A stretch of 24,000 nt of DNA from assembly GCF_024498255.1 (NCBI RefSeq), contig NZ_CP101808.1, positions 423,345-447,344 on the forward strand, in the 5' to 3' direction. This DNA is from Mycoplasmopsis equigenitalium. Its GTDB lineage: Bacteria; Bacillota_I; Bacilli_A; Mycoplasmatales; Metamycoplasmataceae. Each line of letters begins with the position of its first letter. The stretch's first letter is position 1. The notes beneath the pieces were generated by a model. The model saw only the letters and a list, made by a program, of their open reading frames with translations. It ran no database searches and was not told where the DNA came from. Positions 9,492-18,600 of the stretch are shown here, in pieces. A program made the translations under genes and the position numbers.

Positions 9492-9965
9492 TCAAAAATC
9501 GGTCAAAATTTGTCTTACTCTAGTAACATCGTCATTTGTACCACGTAACTCAAATTGGTAAAGTAATGGTACATTTAATTTTTTACTTAAAATTGGACCA
9601 GCAAGAGCAAATGTTTCATTAAAGTTGGTGTTACCTGAAACAATTACCCCTTTACAGTGATCGCGATTTTGTTTAACATTTAAAAATTTAATCACTTCTT
9701 TTGGCACGGCGCCTTCTTTGAATTCGCCGCCGCCACTAAATGTTGGACAAAATAACACATAGTCACGATCAACTAAAATAGTACCTTCAACTGGTTTGTC
9801 ATCTTTATTAACTAGTTTTTTTTCGTATGGAATACGTAATGAATCTAATTTAAGCTTTTGGGTCACAAATGTGTGTGTATTTTCGGTTAAACTTGAATAA
9901 TAAACACAAAGAATGTCACCACTTGGTTTGTCAATTCCTTTAACTTTAATAATATCTTTATGCAT
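9492..9965 (-). CDS. nrdI: Flavodoxin-like protein NrdI
   Basis: Lies between nrdF and nrdE. Start is probably the ATG at 9965 (MHKDIIKV..), 2 nt after the nrdF stop. Sequence VYYSSLTENTHTFV...GNTNFNETFALAG is typical of NrdI. Confidence 0.88.
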   Translation of the reverse strand: MHKDIIKVKGIDKPSGDILCVYYSSLTENTHTFVTQKLKLDSLRIPYEKKLVNKDDKPVEGTILVDRDYVLFCPTFSGGGEFKEGAVPKEVIKFLNVKQNRDHCKGVIVSGNTNFNETFALAGPILSKKLNVPLLYQFELRGTNDDVTRVRQILTDF

Positions 9966-9967
9966 GA

Positions 9968-11056
9968 TTAAAACTCCCAATCTTCATCTTCTGTTTCTTC
10001 ACTAACTCCCATCACGTATGAACTTCCGTTTCCTGAGAAGAAGTCGTGATTTTCATCAGCACGAGCTGATAATTGTGCAAATACTTCTGGCGAAATTTTA
10101 GTTTCTTCATCGGTAAATGGCGACTCGTAACCTAAGTTTTGTAAAAACTTACCAGCATTATAAAGGCTGAAACGAATAGCGTCTTCTGCTAAACTTTGAC
10201 CGTTTTCTAGCTCGAATCCTTTATAAAGTTCAGTTAAATATTTCTTTTCTAAATCGATTAATTTGTAAGTTAAATCGAAAGTGAATTTTTTCATTTCTGC
10301 TTGTCTTTCGGGTGTTGCTTTTGCCAATTTACGTTGGTATTTATAACCACTGTAGTAATTGTGGATAACTTTGTCACGTAAAATTAGACGGATAATATCA
10401 CTGGTGTTTGGCAACTTGCTTCTAGCTGCTAAATAAAATGGTAAGTAGAAACCACCATAAAGTAAAAATCCTGGCATTAAGGCAGCAGCAACTTTTGATT
10501 TGAGCGGGTCACCACATGAATAAAATGGAATTAAAGCTTTAGCACGATTTTGAAGTGATTCGTTACTGATTACTCAATCGTGCGCCTCTTCAATTTGTTC
10601 GCTTGAACAAAGTGTCGAGAAAATTGTTCCATAACTTCGAGCATGAACCCCAACCATAAATGCAAAGTTAGCATAAATAACTTGTTCATGGTCTGTTAAT
10701 CCATTTTCAATTTGTGCAATATCACAAACTGTAGCTTGAATTGTGTCTAATAAGGTAAGACCAGTAAATGTTCTTGTAATAAGTTGTTGTCAGTTTTCTG
10801 ACAATGAATTTCATGATTTCAAGTCATTTGATACTGGAATTTTTTCAGGTAATCAAAAGTTTTGTGTTACCCGGCTTCAAACTTCTAAATCCTTATCATC
10901 ATTAATTCAGTTTCAGTTAACTGAACGTAAACGGCCTTTGAATCCTTTTTTAACGTATTCAATTGGTGAAACCGATTCGTAATAATAGGCATTTTTTTGA
11001 CGAATTTTGTCATTTTTTTGTGTTTTTGGTTTTAGTGTTTTTTTTGTAATTTTCAT
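9968..11056 (-). CDS. nrdF: Class Ib ribonucleotide reductase beta subunit NrdF
   Basis: ATG at 11056 preceded by an AAAGGAGAAAGG RBS. Reading UGA as Trp gives [33 protein letters not shown], continuous with track ORF 9968..10477. Confidence 0.93.
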
Positions 11057-11088
11057 AAACCCTTTCTCCTTTTGTAATAGTGTGTATT

Positions 11089-11119
11089 ATTATAATAATT
11101 CAAAAAACAAGATCTCAAA
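11089..11119 (-). promoter_or_regulatory. Candidate nrdFIE promoter
   Basis: On the minus strand, TTGAGA (11114-11119), about 19 nt, then TATAAT (11089-11094). This is about 35 nt upstream of the nrdF ATG. Confidence 0.35.
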
Positions 11120-11331
11120 GTACTTCCACAAATAAAAAAACCATAAAAACCAAAAAGTTATTTTTTGCGACTTTTAAAGGCTTAAAATAAATTTTTTATT
11201 TTTTTTAAAATATTTTTTATCTTATTTTTTGCTTTGTGCTTGTTTTGTGTTAATGAGCAAAAATCTAACAAAAAAACATAAAAAATGGCGCAAATTAGGC
11301 ACTTTGATAATTTCGATATTTTTTGAAAAAT

Positions 11332-11370
11332 AAAAAAAAATAGATTACTTTGTAATCTGTAATCTATTTC
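11332..11370 (-). terminator. Rho-independent terminator after rplL
   Basis: On the minus strand, AAATAGATTAC-N10-GTAATCTATTT is followed by T9. Confidence 0.7.
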
Positions 11371-11382
11371 TAATTATTTTAA

Positions 11383-11763
11383 TTATTCAACTTCAAGTTC
11401 AGCTGTAGGTGAAAGTTCAAGAATTTTTGCTTTAAGCGCTTCTGCTTCTTCAGGTTTTGCGTTGTCTAGTAAAGCAACAGGTGCTGATTCAACAAGTTTT
11501 TTTGCATCCATAAGTGATAAGTTAAGTGCTTCTTTAACTGCTTTAAGAGTAGGGATTTTAGCACCACCATCTCCTTTTAGCATTAATTTAACTGTTGATT
11601 TTTCTTCAGCAGCCTCACCACCAGCTGCTGGACCAGCAGCAACTGCAACAGCACTAGGGTCAATACCAAATTCTTCTTTCATTGCATCAACAAGTTCCAT
11701 TACTTCTTTGATGCTCATTTCTTTTAATGAACTAATAAAACTTTCTTTAGTTAATTTTGCCAT
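11383..11763 (-). CDS. rplL: 50S ribosomal protein L7/L12
   Basis: [36 protein letters not shown]..., an Ala/Gly/Glu hinge, and a C-terminal domain ending in [11 protein letters not shown]. Confidence 0.96.
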   Translation of the reverse strand: MAKLTKESFISSLKEMSIKEVMELVDAMKEEFGIDPSAVAVAAGPAAGGEAAEEKSTVKLMLKGDGGAKIPTLKAVKEALNLSLMDAKKLVESAPVALLDNAKPEEAEALKAKILELSPTAELEVE

Positions 11764-11789
11764 GATAATTCCTTTCTTATCTATATATA

Positions 11790-12293
11790 TTAATTAGCTA
11801 ATTTATTTTCATCAACAAGCATTTTTAAGCCAATTGAAATTTGTTGAAGGGGAGCGAGTAGTGAACGGCCAAGAATGCCAAGCGCTTCTTCATAAGTTGG
11901 CAAGCTTGCCACCATTTTGACACCATCAGCATCGATCACTTTTCCTTCATATGTACCAGCTTTAATTACAAGCAACTTGTTTGTTTTCGCAAAAGCTGAT
12001 AAAACTTTAGCAGCAGACATATCATCATTATTACTAAAAGCAAAAATTGATGAACCTACTAAATATTGATCTAGATCGTTTAATTTAGCGTCGGCAGCAG
12101 CTAATTTAAAAAGACGGTTTTTATAAACTTTGATATCTACACCGTGATGTTTTGCTTCACGACGTAAAGTTTGTAATTCCGAAACTTTTAGACCACTGTA
12201 TTGTGCCACAACTAATGCTTTAGAATTAGCAAGCTTGTTACTAATTTCTTTCACAGTATCTTTTTTAATTAAACGAAATTTAGAGTCGGCCAT
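11790..12293 (-). CDS. rplJ: 50S ribosomal protein L10
   Basis: Start is probably the ATG at 12293 ([21 protein letters not shown]), preceded by an AAAGGAGG RBS. The gene sits upstream of rplL. The longer track ORF start at 12359 lacks an RBS. Confidence 0.92.
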   Translation of the reverse strand: MADSKFRLIKKDTVKEISNKLANSKALVVAQYSGLKVSELQTLRREAKHHGVDIKVYKNRLFKLAAADAKLNDLDQYLVGSSIFAFSNNDDMSAAKVLSAFAKTNKLLVIKAGTYEGKVIDADGVKMVASLPTYEEALGILGRSLLAPLQQISIGLKMLVDENKLAN

Positions 12294-12408
12294 GACGCCT
12301 CCTTTCATTTTTTGCAATAAATAAAAAACAAGAGATACACTCGGTAACATATTAAGCAAGGCTGTTACTGTCTTTATGTATTGCTTATCTATTATACAAA
12401 AATTAAGA
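12294..12408 (-). promoter_or_regulatory. rplJL promoter (extended -10, TGTATAAT) plus a ~100-nt 5' leader that may be an L10-leader-type autoregulatory RNA
   Basis: The minus strand reads TGTATAAT at 12401-12408. The leader contains complementary segments AAGCAA/TTGCTT and GTAAC/GTTAC. I could not verify an L10-leader fold by eye. Confidence 0.35.
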
Positions 12409-12571
12409 AAAAAGATTTTTCAAAAAATAAAAAATAAAAACGATATTTTTTTAAAAATATCTATATACTTTACTAGTAAGGCAACGAGGATTGTTTTACG
12501 AAAATTCACACGAAACGGAAGTGGATTTTTTTATTTTTCGTTTCAAATTTTAAAAAAAAAGGGGTAGAAAT

Positions 12572-14107
12572 ATGAATCAAAACAACGATATCGACAACGA
12601 TATCAGACAAAACAACCCTGAAAATTCACAAAATGTGAATGGTAATGGGGTTGTTACTCAGAAAAAACAAAGCTGAGTAGATCGTTTCTTTCGTTTAAGT
12701 GAAAGAAACACAAATTGAAAAAGGGAAATTATTGCCGGAATTATTACATTCCTTGCAATGTGCTATATTCTAGTTGTTAACCCAAGTATGCTTGAGTTTA
12801 GGGTTGATAAACTCGATATTAATGGAAAACCAATAATCGATGCTGTTACCGGTAAACCAGAAACAGTAGTTCTTGGACTTCCATGGGGTGGTGCATTTCT
12901 TGCAACAGCGCTTTCGGCTTTTGTCGGAACAATGGTTATGGGATTCTTTGGTAATTTACCACTAGGACTAGCTCCAGGAATGGGAATCAATGCTTTCTTT
13001 ACATATGTAGTAATGGGTCAATTTAAATATAAACCAGAAGAAGCTCTTGGTGCTGCATTACTTGCTGGTCTTCTCTTCTTAATTATTTCTTTAACACCAC
13101 TCAGAAGAATTATGATCAAAGCAATACCAAAGGATCTAAAATTAGCAATCGGTGCTGGAATTGGATTCTTTATCGCTTTTGTAGGATTACAAAATGCTGG
13201 AATTATTGTTAAAAATCCTGGTACTGCTGTAGCACTTGGCGATTTAACTCAACCTAAAGTTTTACTTGCATTAGGTGGAATCGTTTTATCAATTATTCTT
13301 TATTCAATCAATTTTAAATTTAACTTTATTGTTTCAATCGTAGCTACTACTGTTGTAGGAATTATTATTAATTATATTTACTACGCTGTAAATAATGGTG
13401 CGACTCTAGATGGTTTACCAAAATTTGAAGGATTTGATTACTCAACCTTAGCAGAATACAAAAACGTAATTGGTAAAGGTGTAGTCGCAATCTTTACTCA
13501 AAACTTCTGAAAAATTAGTTTAATTGGTATTTTAGTATCATTCTTGTTTGTTGATATGTTCGATACAATTGGAACTTTTATGGGAGTAACCGAACCATTA
13601 GGAATCGTTGATGAAAAAGGTGAACTTAAAGGCGCACATAAAGGTCTTATTTCAGACTCAATTGCAACTGTAGCAGGTGCCGTTTTAGGAACAAGTGCTG
13701 TAACAACTTATATTGAGTCAACTGCAGGTATTAAAGCAGGTGGCAAAACCGGACTTACCGCAGTTACTATTGCAGTTTTATTTGCGTTATCAATTCCACT
13801 TTTCCCTGCTATCAAAATATTTAGTACAAGCGCATCAACATCTATGGTGTTGTTCACTGTTGGAGCAATGATGGTTGTACAGCTTAAAAATCTTAACTGA
13901 GAAGATGTAACCATTACTTTACCCGCATTTGCAACCATTCTCTTTATGACACTAACATACTCAATTACAAACGGTATTGCATTTGGATTTATTAGTTTCG
14001 TGGTTATGCAAATGGTTCGTGGTAAATTCAAAGAAATTCACCCAATGATGTATGGTTTAGCGGTAGCATTTATTGCCTACTTTGCTCTCACAGCACTTCT
14101 CGTTTAA
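12572..14107 (+). CDS. NCS2/AzgA-family purine (adenine/guanine/hypoxanthine) permease
   Basis: ATG at 12572 after an AAAGGGG RBS. Track ORFs 12758..13510 and 13544..13900 are joined in one frame by UGA Trp codons, four in total. Sequence FFRLSERNTNWKREIIAGIITFLAMCYILVVNPSML, multiple TM segments and ESTAGI fit this family. Stop is TAA at 14105-14107. Confidence 0.88.
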
Positions 14108-14121
14108 AAAAATATCGATGT

Positions 14122-14153
14122 AAAAAAAACACCTGTTTTCAAGGTGTTTTTTT
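14122..14153 (+). terminator. Rho-independent terminator after the permease
   Basis: AAAAAACACCT-GTTTTCA-AGGTGTTTTTTT. Confidence 0.75.
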
Positions 14154-14389
14154 GTATTATTTTTTTATATTTACAACAAAAATTCAATATTTTTTACTGA
14201 AAAAACAATATTTTTGTATTATTAAAATTCTCCCTTTTTAACAAATTGTTATTTTTATTTAAAAAAACCAAAATCAACGAAAGCAACTATGAAAAAACAG
14301 CAATTTTTCATATTTTTTTATTTTTTGACGTATTTTTACCCCTCCAGAATACATATATAGGTGGATATAAAAAAGAAAGGAGGTGAAAT

Positions 14390-14932
14390 ATGTTCAAAAA
14401 TAAAAATGCACTTTATAATTTAATTAAAGATGCAACTAAACTAACCAAGAAGGAGGTAATGTCTATTTTAAAGCGTTACTCGGATGTTGATATGTTTCAA
14501 ATGATGTTTGAAAACGAACCTAATATCCTTTGATTGATTGCAAAAATAGATCAAAATAATATGAAACAAAAACCCGAAAACGATAAATTCAAACAAATAG
14601 ATCAGAAATTTGATCAAATTGATAAAAAATTCAAACAAATAGATGAAAAATTTGCTCAAGTAGATCAGAGATTTGATCAAATTGATAAGAAATTCGAACA
14701 GATAGATGAAAAATTTGTTCAAATAGACCAAAGATTTGATCAAATTGATAAGAGATTTGATAGCTTTGAGGCGAAATTTGAAGAAAAGTTTGAAACACTT
14801 ACTAAAACCTTACTTGGTGCAATTGCTGGGGTTGAAACTAGATTATCAAATAGATTAGATAAAATTGAAAAAGATGTTGCCGAACTTAAAGACAGGGTTA
14901 CCGTGTTAGAAAGTTATCATATGTCCGCTTAA
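14390..14932 (+). CDS. Hypothetical coiled-coil protein with about 10 tandem KFxQIDx heptads
   Basis: ATG at 14390 after an AAAGGAGGTG RBS. One UGA Trp (14531) joins the N-terminal 47 aa to track ORF 14534..14932. Total 180 aa. No signal peptide or catalytic motif was recognised. Confidence 0.75.
14585..14794 (+). repeat. Tandem 21-bp (7-codon) coding repeat, about 10 units, with a higher-order 63-bp unit
   Basis: KFKQIDQ KFDQIDK KFKQIDE KFAQVDQ RFDQIDK KFEQIDE KFVQIDQ RFDQIDK RFDSFEA KFEEKFE. The 63-bp blocks 14627-14689 and 14690-14752 are near-identical. Confidence 0.9.
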
Positions 14933-14976
14933 TATTTAATAATCTTCTGATTAACTTTAATTAAAAATAATTAATT

Positions 14977-15005
14977 AAAAACACCACTATTAATGGTGTT
15001 TTTTT
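14977..15005. terminator. Terminator between the convergent coiled-coil gene and tRNA-His
   Basis: AAAAACACCA-CTATTAA-TGGTGTTTTTTT. The A-run on the left allows weaker function on the minus strand. Confidence 0.7.
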
Positions 15006-15023
15006 GGTGTTCTTACAACATAA

Positions 15024-15100
15024 TGGGGCAAGCGACGGGAATCGAACCCGCGAATGTCGGAGCCACAACCCGATGCGTTAACCACTTCGCCACACTCGCC
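15024..15100 (-). tRNA. tRNA-His (GTG)
   Basis: Reverse complement is GGCGAGTGTGGCGAAGTGGTTAACGCATCGGGTTGTGGCTCCGA...GGTTCGATTCCCGTCGCTTGCCCCA. The extra 5' G(-1) typical of tRNA-His is present and the anticodon loop is TTGTGGC. Confidence 0.92.
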
Positions 15101-15112
15101 AAATGTTATTTT

Positions 15113-15118
15113 ATTATA
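15113..15118 (-). promoter_or_regulatory. Candidate -10 box (TATAAT) for tRNA-His
   Basis: The minus strand reads TATAAT 13-18 nt upstream of the tRNA 5' end. Confidence 0.35.
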
Positions 15119-15499
15119 TACTATTTAGCTTAATTTATTTCTGATATTTTTATACGCCTTAAATTGGTATTGTATATATCTTTATAAAATTAAAAATTTA
15201 TATTCTCATACCACCATTTGTACTTTTTTGGAGATTTATATAAATACGTTGTATTTGTTTATTTATATGTAACAAAAACATATTTTAAAAATATATAAAG
15301 TAAAAAGTTGCATCATTAGAACTTTTATTAGCATCTGGGATAAGTATGGAATATTAAAAAACAAACAGGTTGCTATTAACGATTTGAAAACAAAATAAAA
15401 CAACATATGACTAAGTAAGGAACCAGTAAATCTAGATCTTTCTTTAGAATAAAACAACAGATTTTCAATGTTTTTTGTTCATTTTTCTTGATTTTTATC

Positions 15500-15517
15500 T
15501 TTTTTTTTTTTTTTTTT
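15500..15517 (+). repeat. Homopolymeric poly(T)18 tract upstream of the giant surface-protein gene
   Basis: Direct count gives ...atc + T18 + ggc. The tract lies 115 nt upstream of the ATG at 15632, and its last two T form part of a TTGGCA -35-like hexamer (15516-15521). Confidence 0.95.
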
Positions 15518-15543
15518 GGCAAAAACAATCAAAAAATAACCCC

Positions 15544-15566
15544 ATATTATATTTAGAATATAATAT
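15544..15566 (+). promoter_or_regulatory. Perfect 10-bp-arm palindrome overlapping a TATAAT -10 candidate (15559-15564)
   Basis: ATATTATATT-tag-AATATAATAT. The arms are exact reverse complements. TATAAT lies in the right arm, about 68 nt before the start codon. Confidence 0.3.
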
Positions 15567-15631
15567 TAATGATTTTATACTAATGTATATATAAAAATGA
15601 TTAAACAAACGTATACGAGAAAGGACAAGAT

Positions 15632-18600
15632 ATGTCTAAGAAAAAGAAAGTTATATTAGGATTACTACTTGTTGCGCCTTTAGCAGCTGTAGCCGCATCA
15701 ACTGGTGTTCTATATTGAAAACAACAAACCGAAAAACCAATTTCTGCTTATTATGAATTAAAACCCATTAAAGATAAAAGTGAACGTTTAGCAAGTAATG
15801 TTAAGCAAAATGAAATAGGTTTTATTAATTTCCCTCAAGATGCCACATTCACTGTAAAAAGTATAAGTGCTGATGATGGACTCGGAAAATTACAACTTCA
15901 AATTACAATCACCCAAAATGGTAAAGTAACTGAATTAAATAAAGAAGTTATTGGTTTTAAACCAGCATTTAGTTTTTTTGATGATTTGTTAAAAACAGAG
16001 CTCAAAACAGTTTCGACAGGAAAATTACCATCAAAAGTGTCATATCCTGATCTTGCTGCTTTTAACGCCGACACCAATAACAAACTTGGATACATTAATG
16101 AATTAGGTTACACATATAGCGTACAAGAAGTGACAAACATCGATTACAAGGGACAAAAAATTGTTGCTGTAACCGTCCAAAAAGACGGCAAAAGCATTAT
16201 TACAAAAAAGTTAACCGTTAGTGGATTTAAAGCAATTTCTGGCAAAGAAAATGTTGAAAAAGCAGCAGAACTTTTCCTCAATGCTTCTACCATAACAAAA
16301 GGTGAGTTTTTACCAACTCAAATTAAATACGACAATTTTGAAGACTTTAAAAACGATGCCATAATTAATACTAATGATTCAATTACATCAATTGAACAAA
16401 AATTTGGAGTAATAATTACCAATATCACCAATATTGGCGAAGCACAAAATAATGATGATTTAGGTACAAAAACAATTAAATTGTTAATTACTCAAAAAGA
16501 TAACCCAAGCATTAAAAAAGAAGTGCTTGTAACTATCAAAGGTTACAACACTAATGCAAAAGACATGGAAAAAGTTAATGCTGCATTAGCGCAAATTACA
16601 GATGACAAAATCGAAGAAACAAATGAACACGCTAAACTTAAACCTTCGCTTGTACAATACGTTGATGTCCAAGGTTTTGATGAAGACTTACCTAATGTAC
16701 ATATTTTAAAACTTAGAAACACATACAAAGTAATAATTGAAGTTGTTAAAATAGGAACAACAACTAAAGCAATTAACCATGATGATTTAGGAACAAAAGA
16801 AGTTAAGATTCGTGTTTCAAGAAACAATTCATTTAAAGAAAAAACCATTACAATTAGTGGTTATAACACAGCTGATGGGTACAAAAAATACCAAGAAATG
16901 GAATTGATCGCGCAAGCAAAAGCAAGATTAACCGATACTCCAACAATTAAAAACACCAACGATTTAGCATCAGAAACAAAATATACTTTATATCAAGAAC
17001 TAGATGATGACATCGCTCATAATTTACGCGGTATTGAAGCTGAATTAGGTGTTAACTTTATATTCGATGTTAATAATTACGCAATTGATGACGATGTTGC
17101 GGGAACAAAGACAATTAAATTAAAAATTGTAGCAGGCGATACAACTGACTCAACCCATACATTCAAGATTACAAACTTTAAGCCTGAAAATATATACAAT
17201 AAAGATCAGGTTGATTTAGCATTCGCAAATCTTAATACCGAAGCTTCAACAATTAATAATACAAACACTCTTCCTGAAGATGTAACTTATAACAACCTAG
17301 ATCTAGCAACACTTGTTGCTGATACTGTTTTGGCGGGCAGTGGCGATACAATTAACTTATTGCGCGTTCAAAATACATATAAAGTTGAGTTAAATGTAAC
17401 ATTAAAAGAAAACACCTTGGATGGTCGCAAAATTTTAAATGTTGTTATTAGTCGAGGTACAGGTGCTAATAAAGCGACTTCTGGTGTTAAAGAAGTTGTA
17501 ATTTGTGGTTACAAAACCAAAGCAAAAGCCGATAATGAAGCGGCTGTTGAAAATACAAAAAATGCAATTCTTCAAGAATATTCAACAAAAAATACTGAAA
17601 AAACTGCAGATTTGGATATTATAAATTACGATCTTAACAACTTACTAGCTACAGTTAACGATCCAAGTAATACTTTAAAACCAACTAACGGTGTAAGTAT
17701 CAAAATAAATGCCGAAAACAATGATGATGGATTTAAAATTTTAACTTTAGAATTAAGTAAAGGCGAAGGGAAAGATGCCGTTACTGTCACAAAAGACATT
17801 AAAATTATTAATTATCTAACAGCTGCAGGTTATGATGAGAAATTAGTGGATGATACACTTGCTGCAATCAATAAGAAAACAGAAGATACAACTAAAACGC
17901 ATCAAAATGAATTTATTAATGACCCATATAATAGCGACTTAGCATTACTTGATGCTGATACTACTTTCAACTTGCAAAAAATTGCATCTGAAACTGGTAC
18001 AACAATTACCTTTACAACAAGTGATAATCCTGATGGAACAAAAACAATTAATGTTAGTGTAAAACGTGGTGCAACAACTAAAACTACTACCCTCAAAATA
18101 ACCGGTTTCCAAACCGAACAAGACCATAATGATTTATTAGAACTTGATGCTGCCGCTTTATTAATTACAGCGCAAGAAACAATAAACAACAAAACAAAAC
18201 AAGCAAGTGAAGTTAAGTATCTAGATATTAATGCGGTAGATACTGACATTGCTCTTGATTTACAAAATGATGTGATTGTTGCCAAAGGTTTAAGTGGAAT
18301 TCAAATTGTTAGTGTTAACAATGGAGATGGTGTAAAAACCTTAAATCTTACCCTTACCAAAGGTAATGTATCTAAATCAGGAGTTAATCTTAAAATCACT
18401 GGTTTTAGAACAGCACAATTAGCTGCTAATTACGCAAAAGTTGAGAGTGCAATTAATCAAATTATTTCCGGAAAAGATGCTGATGTTAGTGACTTTTTGA
18501 CAAAAAACTATAAATATAAAGATAAAACCGACCCGATTGCTACACTAGATGCTGGAATTCGTGAATTAGACTTAAATCAAATTGCACAAACAAATGGTGT

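Noticed and set aside
11057-11140. NrdR boxes upstream of nrdF.
   Set aside because: Only partial half-sites are present (TAGTGTGTATTA and CCACAAATA). Neither is a 16-bp palindrome, and their spacing of about 46 bp does not fit the usual tandem-box geometry.
11253-11333. A 26-aa plus-strand ORF (MSKNLTKKHKKWRKLGTLIISIFFEK) between nrdF and rplL.
   Set aside because: It has no Shine-Dalgarno sequence and lies in AT-rich intergenic DNA where short ORFs arise by chance. It ends in the rplL terminator A-run. It cannot be supported without expression or conservation data.
12409-12571. Purine (guanine/adenine) riboswitch in the ~100-nt leader of the purine-type permease.
   Set aside because: I could not find the conserved junction and loop motifs (UAUAAU...GGAUAUGG...GUUUCUACC...CCGUAAA). 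I saw only a weak GAAACG/CGTTTC pairing without a terminator T-run. A covariance-model scan (Rfam RF00167) would settle this.
10743-14031. Track ORFs 10743..10982 (+), 11462..11797 (+), 12376..12567 (+), 12763..12990 (-) and 13708..14031 (-).
   Set aside because: Four are antisense to nrdF, rplL and the permease, and 12376..12567 is an AT-rich intergenic read-through. The opposite strand carries strongly conserved proteins.
14468-14743. Minus-strand ORF 14468..14743 with an LIYL/FEF repeat.
   Set aside because: It is the mirror image of the 21-bp heptad repeat. The plus-strand frame has a strong RBS, an ATG and a terminator, while the minus frame has none.
14585-14794. Whether the regular 21-bp repeats could be a CRISPR-like or other non-coding array.
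   Set aside because: There are no spacers. The repeats are contiguous, in frame and encode a-d hydrophobic heptads within an ORF that has an RBS and a terminator.
14108-15100. tRNA-His as an integration site for an island carrying the coiled-coil gene.
   Set aside because: No direct repeat of the tRNA-His 3' end was seen in 14108-14400, and there is no integrase or mobility gene nearby.
15973-15979. A T7 run inside the 5' part of the giant CDS as a frameshift phase switch.
   Set aside because: Runs of 7 A or T are frequent throughout this AT-rich gene. Nothing distinguishes this one, and the upstream T18 is the far stronger candidate.
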